The notes beneath the pieces are model-generated. The model had not been told where the DNA came from. It did not search any database and saw only the letters and a list, made by a program, of their open reading frames with translations. Both the position numbers and the translations under genes were made by a program. Shown here one piece after another: positions 19,747 to 28,546 of a stretch of DNA of 41,188 bases. This DNA is from Candidatus Sericytochromatia bacterium (GTDB lineage Bacteria > Cyanobacteriota > Sericytochromatia > JACMPN01). Location of the stretch: NCBI GenBank assembly GCA_014377495.1, contig JACMPN010000146.1, positions 1 to 41,188 on the forward strand. The letters are read 5' to 3'. The stretch's first letter is position 1. Each line of letters starts with the position of its first letter.

Positions 19747-21357
19747 CTAAAGCTGGGCGGTTGCCGCTTCAATGATCCGCCAACCGGTCTGTCCGCCGGC
19801 TTTGTCCTCCAACACGATACCGATGGCCTGCAGCCGGTCCCGGATGGCGTCGGACATGGCGAAGTCCTTGTTGGCCCGTGCCTCCTGACGCAGGGCAATC
19901 AGGACCTGTACGGCCGCATCCGTCAGATCACTGGCTGTCGACTCCTCGGTGGGCCGCCAAGTCGTCACGTTGCCCGGCTTGTCTTCGAGGACGAGTTGCC
20001 CGGCGGCCAGCTTGTCCCGGATCACGTCGGACAGGGCAAAATTCTTGGCCGCCCTGGCCTCTTTGCGCAAGGCGATCAGCACGTCCATGATCGGTCTCAG
20101 GGCGTCATCGCCACCGGTGGCCGCTTCGGGCTCCAGCGAGAGTCCGAGGATCCCCGCCAACTCCTGCGTCAGGGCGACGCCCTTTTGGAGCGTCTCGGTC
20201 GGCGCCAGGCGGAACGGATGCAACTGGCGGACCAGCTCGAAGAGCACGGCGACGGCGCCCGGTGTGTCGAAATCATCGTCCATGTGGGTTTCGAACCGGT
20301 GCCGGCTTTCGGCTAATACCTGCTCGATCTTGGCGCCCTGCTCGGCATCCGTCCCGCCGGGAGCCTGGGCGATCTCGGCCATCGAGCGCCGCAGCCGGTT
20401 CCAGCCGGATTTGGCCGCCATCAGGGCGTCGTCAGAAAAATCCACCGGCCGGCGGTAGTGCTTCTGCAGCAGGAAAACGCGTAGGGTATCGACGTCGATC
20501 ATTTTCAGCAGGTCGCCGAGGTTCTTGATGTTGCCGAGACTTTTGGACATTTTCTGGCCATCCGCCGTGACCATGCCGTTGTGCATCCAGTAATGGGCCA
20601 GGGGCGCATGCTGGGCCCCTTCGGATTGGGCGATCTCGTTTTCGTGGTGGGGGAAGATCAGGTCCATACCGCCGGCATGGATGTCGATCGTCGGACCGAG
20701 GGCCGAGGTGACCATTGCCGAGCATTCGATGTGCCAGCCGGGCCGACCGGGGCCCCAGGGCGACTCCCAGCTCTCTTCACCGGGCTTGGCGTGTTTCCAG
20801 AGGGCGAAGTCCAGCGGGTCCCGCTTGATCTCGCCGACCTCGACCCGGGCGCCGGACTGCAGATCGTCGATGTTCCGGCCCGAGAGCTTGCCGTAGCCGG
20901 GGAACTTGCGGACGGCGTAGAAGACGTCCCCGTCAGGGGACGGGTACGCCAGATCCTTGCCGATCAGGACCTCAATAAAGGCGATCATCTCGGCCATGTG
21001 CTCGGTCGCCCGGGGGTACTCCGTGGCCGGCTGGACGCGCAGGGCGATCATGTCCGCCATGTAGCGGTCGACGTAGCGGTTGGCGAGCTCGCGGGGGCTG
21101 ATGCCCTCGTCCCGGGCCTTGTTGATGATCTTGTCGTCGACGTCCGTGAAATTCTGCACGTAGTGGACGTCGTAGCCCCGATAGCCCAGGTAACGCCGGA
21201 CCATGTCCCAGGTGATATAGCAGCGGGCATGGCCCAGGTGGACGTCGCCATACACCGTGACGCCACAGACGTACATCGACACCTTGTTCGGCTCCAGGGG
21301 GGTAAAGTCCTCGACCTGTCGGTTCAATGTGTTGTAGACGCGCACGGGTTTCCTCAT
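19747..21357 (-). CDS. cysS: Cysteine--tRNA ligase with a duplicated C-terminal module
   Basis: HIGH (HLGHARCY) and KMSKS (KMSKSLGN) motifs and zinc-site Cys residues. Start is at MRKPVRVYNT (residue 24 of the track ORF). Confidence 0.97.
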   Translation of the reverse strand: MRKPVRVYNTLNRQVEDFTPLEPNKVSMYVCGVTVYGDVHLGHARCYITWDMVRRYLGYRGYDVHYVQNFTDVDDKIINKARDEGISPRELANRYVDRYMADMIALRVQPATEYPRATEHMAEMIAFIEVLIGKDLAYPSPDGDVFYAVRKFPGYGKLSGRNIDDLQSGARVEVGEIKRDPLDFALWKHAKPGEESWESPWGPGRPGWHIECSAMVTSALGPTIDIHAGGMDLIFPHHENEIAQSEGAQHAPLAHYWMHNGMVTADGQKMSKSLGNIKNLGDLLKMIDVDTLRVFLLQKHYRRPVDFSDDALMAAKSGWNRLRRSMAEIAQAPGGTDAEQGAKIEQVLAESRHRFETHMDDDFDTPGAVAVLFELVRQLHPFRLAPTETLQKGVALTQELAGILGLSLEPEAATGGDDALRPIMDVLIALRKEARAAKNFALSDVIRDKLAAGQLVLEDKPGNVTTWRPTEESTASDLTDAAVQVLIALRQEARANKDFAMSDAIRDRLQAIGIVLEDKAGGQTGWRIIEAATAQL

Positions 21358-21422
21358 CTGCAGGTGTTGCCGCCAGCAGGATACCACGTTGGCCAAGCCC
21401 TTCCCACAGGCCGGCGGGCGCC

Positions 21423-22661
21423 TCACTCCGTGCGCAGGGCTTCGATGGGGCTCAGCTTGCTGGCCCGATAGGCCGGGTAATAGCCAAAGAAGATGCCGAT
21501 GGCGACGGAGATGCCCGAGGCCATGAGGATGCCCGTCCAGTCGATCGGCAGCGAAAAGGCCAGATCCGGCATGACCGCATGGATGATCAGGGTGCCCAGG
21601 GAACTGATCCCCAGACCGACGGCAATGCCGATGACCCCGCCGCAGACACTGAGGACGACGGCCTCGCAGAGGAACTGGCCGAGGATATCCCGTCGACGGG
21701 CCCCGATGGCCTTGCGCAGCCCAATCTCCTTCGTGCGTTCGGTGACACTGACGAGCATGATGTTCATGATCCCGATGCCGCCGACCAACAGGCTGATGGC
21801 AGCCACCGAACTGATCACCGCCGCCATGACGCCAGTGATCGAGTTGAACATGCTGACCAGGGACTCCAGCGCCTGCATGCGGTAGTTGCCCCGGCCGGCG
21901 TGCCGGAGCTTGAGGAAGCTGATCAGCTTGTCGGAGACGTCGTTCTTGACCGAAAGGTCGTTCACCTGGGCGCCGAGGGAATCGATGAATTGGGTTTCGC
22001 CGTCGATCATCATCGCCACGGTGTAGGGCATGATCAGCCTGCCGCCGTCCTCGCCCATCATGGCGACGAGCCCCTTGGGCGTTTTGACGAGACCGACGAT
22101 CGTCAGGTAGTTCGCCCCGAAGGTGAGTTCCTTGCCGAGGACAGACTCACCGGTGTCGAACAGCTGGTCGCGGAGAGTCTCGTCGATGACACAGACCATG
22201 CTGCGGGCCAGGGCGTCGTCCTCACTCAGATACCGGCCTACCAACACCTGGGTGTTGTTCAGGATCCGGGCGGCCTCGCCCTCGTTGCCCTGGGCCTCGA
22301 CGTTGCTGCCTTCCTTGTCTTGGAAGCGGACCTTGTGCTCGTCACGGCTGAAGTAGGTGAATGGGGTAACGTTCCGCAACTGGGGGAAGTGCTCCCGCAC
22401 GGCGACGATATCCTCGAGGGAGATGCGCGTGGTGATCCCCTGGGTGTGATCGTCCCGCCAGTTGCGCTGGATGCTGATCCCGTCGAGGGCGCCGTATTTG
22501 AGGATTTCCTGCGAAATCATCGCCCGACCGCCGCCGCCGACCGCCATAACGGTGATCACGGCAGAGACGCCGATGACCAGGCCAAGCATGGTCAGGGCCG
22601 CCCGAAACGTGTTGGCGAGCAGGGCCCGGACCGCCAGACGTAATAGTTGCCAGACATCCAT
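21423..22661 (-). CDS. MacB/DevC-type ABC transporter permease (FtsX domain with large periplasmic domain)
   Basis: N-terminal TM, a periplasmic domain of about 220 aa, and a C-terminal 3-TM FtsX module (ERTKEIGLRKAIGARRRDI). Confidence 0.9.
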   Translation of the reverse strand: MDVWQLLRLAVRALLANTFRAALTMLGLVIGVSAVITVMAVGGGGRAMISQEILKYGALDGISIQRNWRDDHTQGITTRISLEDIVAVREHFPQLRNVTPFTYFSRDEHKVRFQDKEGSNVEAQGNEGEAARILNNTQVLVGRYLSEDDALARSMVCVIDETLRDQLFDTGESVLGKELTFGANYLTIVGLVKTPKGLVAMMGEDGGRLIMPYTVAMMIDGETQFIDSLGAQVNDLSVKNDVSDKLISFLKLRHAGRGNYRMQALESLVSMFNSITGVMAAVISSVAAISLLVGGIGIMNIMLVSVTERTKEIGLRKAIGARRRDILGQFLCEAVVLSVCGGVIGIAVGLGISSLGTLIIHAVMPDLAFSLPIDWTGILMASGISVAIGIFFGYYPAYRASKLSPIEALRTE

Positions 22662-22761
22662 GGGTTAGAGGCTCGCATACTTTCGGACGGTGAGCCAAGC
22701 CGACAGGTTGGCGGTGCACTGAGGGGAGGGCAGATCGCCCGGGCGGCCGTCTGGCCATCGA

Positions 22762-22974
22762 TCACGTGGCGGCGGGTTGGAACTCCAACTTGGCGATGTG
22801 ACTGGGATTGATGATCGTCTCCATCTCGCCGGTGACGATGCTGACAGCGTGGCCTTCCAGCATGCCGGTGCGGATCTGGTTCATCATCGCCTCATCGCAG
22901 GTGAACACCCATTCCTGCTGGGTGTGGCCCCAGGTGATCCGGGAGAAAAAGGTTTTGGTGGCCGTCGTGGTCAT
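22762..22974 (-). CDS. Hypothetical 70-aa soluble protein
   Basis: Start at MTTTATK (residue 19 of the track ORF), with GAGGAG 6 nt upstream. It begins 16 nt after the SPASM gene stop. No TM segment or signal peptide. Confidence 0.55.
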   Translation of the reverse strand: MTTTATKTFFSRITWGHTQQEWVFTCDEAMMNQIRTGMLEGHAVSIVTGEMETIINPSHIAKLEFQPAAT

Positions 22975-22990
22975 GGTGGTCTCCTCACTG

Positions 22991-23641
22991 TCAGGGTGTG
23001 GTGCTGGCCGGCGGTGCATAAGGCGCACCCCCGTCCCGAACTGCTATGGCCAGGGCGTGGTCGCCCCGATCCAGCCACGAAACGGCCGGCGACGGGGCAT
23101 CCTTGGCTTCGATGACGCTCTCAAAAATGCCATGGTCAAAGGGAGCGCCGGGTGCGGCGTCCGTGCGGATCATCCGCTCGCGCAAGCCTTGCCGGTCATG
23201 CTCCAGGGCCCGGTGATGGCAGTATGGGTTGTTGCCCCGTTTGCCGTAAAACACGTGGGCCGTCCACGTGCAGCCGCCCCGGCACATTTTCTTGAACTCG
23301 CAGGTGCCGCAGAAGCCCCACAGGTGGGCAATGCTCTCCTCGGAATAGCGGAGAACCTTGTTCATCGGCAGCGGTTCAGTATGGGCCATGATGTCGGCCA
23401 GGCTCATGTCACGGATGTTGGCGCCCGTGTACGGGCCGGAGGGCAGCGAGGGGCAGCCCTTGATCTTGCCGTCGGCCTCGATGCCCAGGGCCTGGGTACC
23501 CGCCTCACAGCCGCTGTAGTAGACGCTGCCTTCGCCGCCGCGACTGAGCAGCAGCTGATCGTAGGGGCCGTAATAGCCGATGTTGTTGCCCGAGGCCATG
23601 CGGGTCCGGGAGATTCTCTGAAACCCGCCCGTGGAGGCCAT
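22991..23641 (-). CDS. Stand-alone SPASM-domain Fe-S protein (no radical-SAM core)
   Basis: Full seven-Cys SPASM pattern: C-x17-C including G-x4-C (SGCEAGTQALGIEADGKIKGC), then C-x2-C-x5-C-x3-C (FCGTCEFKKMCRGGC), then a distal Cys (NPYCHH). There is no CxxxCxxC anywhere in the 216 aa. Only about 29 nt separate it from the HlyD stop. Confidence 0.75.
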   Translation of the reverse strand: MASTGGFQRISRTRMASGNNIGYYGPYDQLLLSRGGEGSVYYSGCEAGTQALGIEADGKIKGCPSLPSGPYTGANIRDMSLADIMAHTEPLPMNKVLRYSEESIAHLWGFCGTCEFKKMCRGGCTWTAHVFYGKRGNNPYCHHRALEHDRQGLRERMIRTDAAPGAPFDHGIFESVIEAKDAPSPAVSWLDRGDHALAIAVRDGGAPYAPPASTTP

Positions 23642-23670
23642 TTTTAGCCAACTGTCGCATCGCCGGGATC

Positions 23671-25035
23671 CTACATGCGAACCTTCGGTCGCTTTGGGTT
23701 TGCCGAAGCATGGCTGCTGGTGTCCGACTCGTTGGGATCGGCGATCTTCAATAGCTTGTCCGCCTCGATCGGCTTGCCCTGACTGGCGACCACCTGATCG
23801 CCCACTCGCAAACCTGCGGTGATCTCGATGAACTGCGGATCGGCAATCCCTGTCTTGATGGTCACCTTTTTGGCGTGGGACCCGGCATCCAGCCGCCAGG
23901 TGTATTTCTTGCCCGCTTCCCCGGCGATGACGGCTTCGAGCGCCAGGGCGGGAACCTGTTTTTTCTCCTGCAGAATGATCTCGGCCCGCACGGTGCTGCC
24001 GGCCTTGATCCGCCTTTCCGGGCGGGTGAGGACCGCTTTGACGACGACGGAGTTATATTCGTTGCGGCGGTTCGTTTTTTCGGCGATCGGCGTGATCAGC
24101 GAGATGATGCCTGTCAGTTTTACGTCCGGCAGGGCCGTCGTCGTCACCAGGACCGGCATCCCCGTGCGGACTTTGACGGCGTCCAGTTCGTTCACTTCCA
24201 CGCTGACGATCTGCCGGGCGTCGTCGGCCAGGTCATAGAGGACTGTCCCCAGGGTCAGCGACTGCCCGGTCAATACTTTCAGGCGGCTGACGAGACCGTC
24301 CTGCGGGGCACGGACGGTCAGCCGGGCCACTTTGGCTTCCAGGTTGCGCACCTTTTCCCCGGCGGCGGCGACCTTGGCTTCCGCCAGTTTCAGGGCGTTT
24401 TCCGCCTGGACGATTTTCAGCTGGGCCGCCCGGACGTCCCCTTCCGCTTTGGCGACCTCGAGGCGGCTTTTGTCCCGTTTGGCTTTGGCGGAATCGAGGT
24501 TGATCCGGCTTTCCGCCTTGGCATCGAAGAGCATCTGCTTCATCGCCAGTTCGCCGTCCGCTTCGGTCAGGCTCAGGCGAGCCTGGGCCACGGCATTGCG
24601 GGCATGAGGCACACCGATCTGCCGGGCATCCTGCAGCTTGTAGCGGGCCTCGACCAAGTCGCTCTTTTCGACCTGCACATAGCTGTCCCGGGCCTCGGTG
24701 ACTTGGCGCATCAGCTCGGGATCGCTCAGGCTGGCCACCGTCTGGCCGGCCTTGACGTGATCGCCCGCCTGCACGTACAGCCGGGTGATGAAGCCGGCGA
24801 CCTCGGCGATGATCGGCCGCTCCGACAGCGGTTCGATGGCCCCGGCGATCCGCAGCGACTCCGCCACATCCCGGGCGGTTACCGTGTAGGCCTGCACCTT
24901 CAGGGGCTGGGCCTGGCGCGGCCAGAAGAACCAGCCGAGTGCCCCGGCGAGCACGACGCCCGCCGCGATCCAGGCTGTGCGCTGGCGCTTCGGCGGTGCC
25001 GGCGGCAGGGGGGACTCGATGCGGTCGGGGGTCAT
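23671..25035 (-). CDS. HlyD/MacA-family periplasmic adaptor (membrane fusion protein)
   Basis: N-terminal anchor, lipoyl/barrel segments and a long Ala/Lys/Glu-rich coiled-coil hairpin. ATGA overlap with the upstream TolC-like gene. Confidence 0.9.
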   Translation of the reverse strand: MTPDRIESPLPPAPPKRQRTAWIAAGVVLAGALGWFFWPRQAQPLKVQAYTVTARDVAESLRIAGAIEPLSERPIIAEVAGFITRLYVQAGDHVKAGQTVASLSDPELMRQVTEARDSYVQVEKSDLVEARYKLQDARQIGVPHARNAVAQARLSLTEADGELAMKQMLFDAKAESRINLDSAKAKRDKSRLEVAKAEGDVRAAQLKIVQAENALKLAEAKVAAAGEKVRNLEAKVARLTVRAPQDGLVSRLKVLTGQSLTLGTVLYDLADDARQIVSVEVNELDAVKVRTGMPVLVTTTALPDVKLTGIISLITPIAEKTNRRNEYNSVVVKAVLTRPERRIKAGSTVRAEIILQEKKQVPALALEAVIAGEAGKKYTWRLDAGSHAKKVTIKTGIADPQFIEITAGLRVGDQVVASQGKPIEADKLLKIADPNESDTSSHASANPKRPKVRM

Positions 25036-26387
25036 GGTTGCTCCTTCGTGGGCGCAGGGGTGGGGGGGAGCGCGCTCGGTTCGGCCAATGGTCGGCCCAC
25101 GGCCTGATAGAGGCGGGCCGCCGCCACGAGGTAATCGATGGTTGCTTCCAGGTTTTCGGTCAAAGCCGAGACCAGGGCCCGCTGCACGTCGTTGACGTCG
25201 GTGATCACCGCCGCCCCCAGCTTGTAGCGCATGGCCATGATGTCCCGGGTGCTCCGAGCGATCTCGATCGAGCGCCGCAGACGGGAGAGCCGGCTGGCGG
25301 CACTCGTCAGTTGGGCGTGGGCCTGATCCACGTCCGTCTTGATCTGCCGTTTTGTCTGGGTCAGATCCAGTTCGGCACTCTCGATCGTCAGGGCCGCTTC
25401 CTGCATGCGCCGCCAGGTCTCGGCATTGTCGAAGAGGTTGTAGGTCATTGTCGCCCGGCCGTCGAAGGTGCCTTCGAAAGCCGCCAGGACGTTGTTCGAG
25501 CTTGCCAAGGGGCGGAACGGGTTGTTGCCGTACTGGTACTGGGCCGTCAGGGCGAACTCCGGAAAGAGCTTGCTGCGGGCGATGGTCAGGCCGGCTTTGC
25601 CGGCGTTCAGGCGGGCATCCGCCGCCTGGACCTCCGGGCGTTGGCGCAGGGCCCGGGCCAGCCAGATCTCCCGCCCCTCGTCGGGGATCGCCTGAAACTG
25701 CGGGTCGTCGCTGAGGGTCCAGGTATCGTCATTGCGGAAGAGCAGATTGCCGAGCCGGGCCCGGGCTACCTGCATGTTGCCCTCGTTGCGGATCAGGCCC
25801 GCCTGGGCACTGATCAGGGTCACCTCGGCCCGGTTCACGTCGATCGGGGCGATGGCGCCCGCCCGCAGCCGGGTCTTGGCCAATGCGTGGATTTCCTCCG
25901 CCTGTTTCACCTGATCCTGGTTGACCAGATAGAGCTTTTGCTGCCGCTGGTTGTCCCAATAGGCCTCAATCACCGACAGGGCCACGTTCTGCCGGGTGGC
26001 GAAGAGGGTGGCTTTCCGTTCGGCGACGCCCTGTTCCGCCCGTTCGATGCTGCCTGTGATCCGCCAGCCGGTGAACAAAGGCACGCGCAACGTGCTGTTG
26101 GCGTTGACGAAGAGGACGTTCTGGTCCTTTTGACTGGCCGTCGTCATCCCGGAGACGGTGTAGTTGTCGCCCCCGTTCAGATCGAGGCTGAGGCTGGCCC
26201 GCTGGAACTGGGCCCGCCAATAGTCGATGTCCGCCTGACGGACCTGCACGTCCTGATTGGCGATGCTCGGGTTGTGGGCCATGGCCTGGCGCAGGGCGTC
26301 GGCCAAAGACATCGGCTCGGCGTGGGCCATGGCCGTCAGCATCAGCCAGACGGCGACGGCAGGGGCCAGGCGGTGGAGACGGATCAT
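25032..26387 (-). CDS. TolC-family outer-membrane efflux protein
   Basis: Signal peptide (MIRLHRLAPAVAVWLMLTAMAHA) followed by two TolC/OEP repeats. Start is at residue 12 of the track ORF, forming an ATGA overlap with the ATPase stop. Confidence 0.88.
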   Translation of the reverse strand: MIRLHRLAPAVAVWLMLTAMAHAEPMSLADALRQAMAHNPSIANQDVQVRQADIDYWRAQFQRASLSLDLNGGDNYTVSGMTTASQKDQNVLFVNANSTLRVPLFTGWRITGSIERAEQGVAERKATLFATRQNVALSVIEAYWDNQRQQKLYLVNQDQVKQAEEIHALAKTRLRAGAIAPIDVNRAEVTLISAQAGLIRNEGNMQVARARLGNLLFRNDDTWTLSDDPQFQAIPDEGREIWLARALRQRPEVQAADARLNAGKAGLTIARSKLFPEFALTAQYQYGNNPFRPLASSNNVLAAFEGTFDGRATMTYNLFDNAETWRRMQEAALTIESAELDLTQTKRQIKTDVDQAHAQLTSAASRLSRLRRSIEIARSTRDIMAMRYKLGAAVITDVNDVQRALVSALTENLEATIDYLVAAARLYQAVGRPLAEPSALPPTPAPTKEQP

Positions 26388-27142
26388 GTCAGCCCCTCGT
26401 GCGGCGGCGGGGTCTTGCACTCGTCGGACAGGATGCGGCCGTCCCGAAACCGGATGATCCGCCGGGCCCAGTCGGCGACTTCCTGCTCATGGGTCACGAG
26501 GACCACGGTCATGCCCTCCTGGTTCAGGTCGCGGAACAGTTGCATGATCTCCAGGCTCGTCGTGCTGTCCAGGGCGCCGGTCGGTTCGTCGGCCAGCAAC
26601 AGGCGTGGGCGGTTCACCAGGGCCCGGGCGATGCTCACCCGTTGCTGTTGGCCGCCGGATAATTGGTTCGGCATGTGCGCCATCCGGTCGCCCAACCCCA
26701 GGCGTTGCAGGGCCGCCGCCGCCCGCACCTGTCGCTCGGCCGGTTTGACCCCCGCGTACAGCATAGGTTGTTCCACATTTTCCAAGGCGGTCGTCCGGGG
26801 CAGCAGGTTAAAAGACTGGAAGACGAAGCCGATGTACCGGTTCCGGATCTGGGCCAGGTCGTCTTCACTGCGGTTGGCCACGTCCAGCCCGGCCAAGCGG
26901 TAAAGACCGGCGTTCGGGGTGTCGAGACAGCCGACCATGTTCAGGAACGTCGACTTGCCGGAGCCGCTGGTCCCCATGATGGCGACGAAATCACCCTCGG
27001 CGATCGCCAGCGAGACATCCTGCAAGGCCCAAACAGGCTGCTCGCCACGGTGGTATACCTTGCTGAGGTGGCTGATCTCAATCAGCGGCGGCATTTCAGG
27101 CGTCATCGCCGGCAGATTAACAGATTTCCGGTTGGTCGGCAT
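26384..27142 (-). CDS. ABC transporter ATP-binding protein (MacB/LolD/DevA type)
   Basis: Walker A GTSGSGKST, Q-loop, signature LSGGQQQRVSIARAL, Walker B LLLADEPTGALD and an H-loop VTHE. aggtg lies about 7 nt before ATG 27142. Confidence 0.95.
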   Translation of the reverse strand: MPTNRKSVNLPAMTPEMPPLIEISHLSKVYHRGEQPVWALQDVSLAIAEGDFVAIMGTSGSGKSTFLNMVGCLDTPNAGLYRLAGLDVANRSEDDLAQIRNRYIGFVFQSFNLLPRTTALENVEQPMLYAGVKPAERQVRAAAALQRLGLGDRMAHMPNQLSGGQQQRVSIARALVNRPRLLLADEPTGALDSTTSLEIMQLFRDLNQEGMTVVLVTHEQEVADWARRIIRFRDGRILSDECKTPPPHEGLT

Positions 27143-27232
27143 TTTGTGACACCTGACAAGAAAGGGTTAAGTCGGGGTAGTGTTTTGCTGAAACGGGGTC
27201 AGGTTTGGGGTGTGGAGGTGGATGAGCAAGGC

Positions 27233-28369
27233 ATGACCACCTTACGTACGATGGCACCCACCGCACCGCCCGAGGCGGCGACGACGGTGGCTGCGGCTGC
27301 TGCCAGGTTCCCCCGGTCCAAGACAGCCATGGCCGCCGTGCCGGCCGTCGCCGATCAGGTGCGGGCGTCAACGGCCAAGACGGATCGCCCGGCCATCGAC
27401 AAGTCCCTTTTCGCCGTGGTGGTCAGCCCGGATCGCGCTCACACTTTTGCGGACATCCAGCCGGATCAGATGCGGGCCATCAACAGTTGGCGGGAACTGC
27501 CGGCCATCCTCCAGGCACTCAAAACCCGCAGCCAGGCTACCGGTCAGGTGGTGGTGCTTGATTTGGCCGTCCATGGAAACAACGGCACGGGTCTCAAAGT
27601 CGTCCACGGCAGTGCCAAAGGCGACGTGGCCAGTGTCACGAGCATGGCGGAGGTCAACCGCATGGTGCGGTCGGCAGGGTTTGCCCCCGGCGAGATCGTC
27701 ATCCTGACAGAGGGGTGCAACGTCCACCGCAGCTGGACGAACAGTGCGGACGGCTTTACCGCTGCCGAAAAGGCGGGCGTCCTGCATCAGGCGGAGCGTC
27801 TGGCGACCGGCCATGGCCAAAAGCTGGCATCCACCCCGGAGATTGTCGACTCGGGTCCCACCCAAGTGGACAAGGACTATCAGTGGCTGGGGCGTGGCCC
27901 CGGCACGAACTGGATCAGCACCGTGTTCCTCCAATATGTCACCGGTGCTGAAGAGGGCGCCCCGTTGGAGGATCTGCGCCGGTACAAGGACCCCAAGGCC
28001 CCGCTGGCGGCCCAGACGGATGCGGTCATGCTGGTGGCCGGTATGCGCCCGCAGATGATTGCCGCCATCCAGGAAACCCGCTTTGGGGTTTCCGCTACCG
28101 CCACGCCGGGCGCCGCCACCGGTGCCCGCCGTTTCGTCGACCGGATGTCGATCCGCTCGACGCCGGCCACCCAGCAAACGGCCGACGACTCGGAAGGGAC
28201 GTCTCCCGAACCCACCAGGGTTCCCGGGGCAACGGCGCCCGTGCAGCCGGCGACGACCGACTCTCTGCCGGCGACGAAACCGGTCAAAAAGCCTGTAGAC
28301 AGCATCCAGACCGGTTTGCGGTTCATCGATCGTCTCCGTCGGACCCCGGTGGCCACATACCAGCCCTAA
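27233..28369 (+). CDS. Hypothetical protein (378 aa) with a Pro/Thr/Ala-rich tail
   Basis: Only the part of the 568-aa track ORF not antisense to the ATPase gene is taken. Start is at MTTLRT (residue 191); in-frame GTGs at 27212 and 27218 are alternatives. No confident family. The motif VVVLDLAVHGNNGTGLKV is faintly DUF4347-like. Confidence 0.6.
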   Translation: MTTLRTMAPTAPPEAATTVAAAAARFPRSKTAMAAVPAVADQVRASTAKTDRPAIDKSLFAVVVSPDRAHTFADIQPDQMRAINSWRELPAILQALKTRSQATGQVVVLDLAVHGNNGTGLKVVHGSAKGDVASVTSMAEVNRMVRSAGFAPGEIVILTEGCNVHRSWTNSADGFTAAEKAGVLHQAERLATGHGQKLASTPEIVDSGPTQVDKDYQWLGRGPGTNWISTVFLQYVTGAEEGAPLEDLRRYKDPKAPLAAQTDAVMLVAGMRPQMIAAIQETRFGVSATATPGAATGARRFVDRMSIRSTPATQQTADDSEGTSPEPTRVPGATAPVQPATTDSLPATKPVKKPVDSIQTGLRFIDRLRRTPVATYQP

Positions 28370-28546
28370 CCTGATTTTCGGCCGCCCGGTCGTCAGGCTA
28401 CCCGTCCCGATCTGCCAGGGGCCCGGCTGCGGCCATCACACGGCTGTTCATGGGCTCCCTGACTTTACGATCAGCGGTGCCGTGGCTACGATGCCTGCCC
28501 AACGCGGGGGACAGCCCGTCCCCCGGCTGGACGGTGCGGAGGCAGC

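Noticed and set aside
20286-20299. T-loop-like gggtttcgaaccgg suggesting a tRNA
   Set aside because: It lies inside the cysS coding region, has an extra T relative to GGTTCGAA, and has no surrounding cloverleaf arms.
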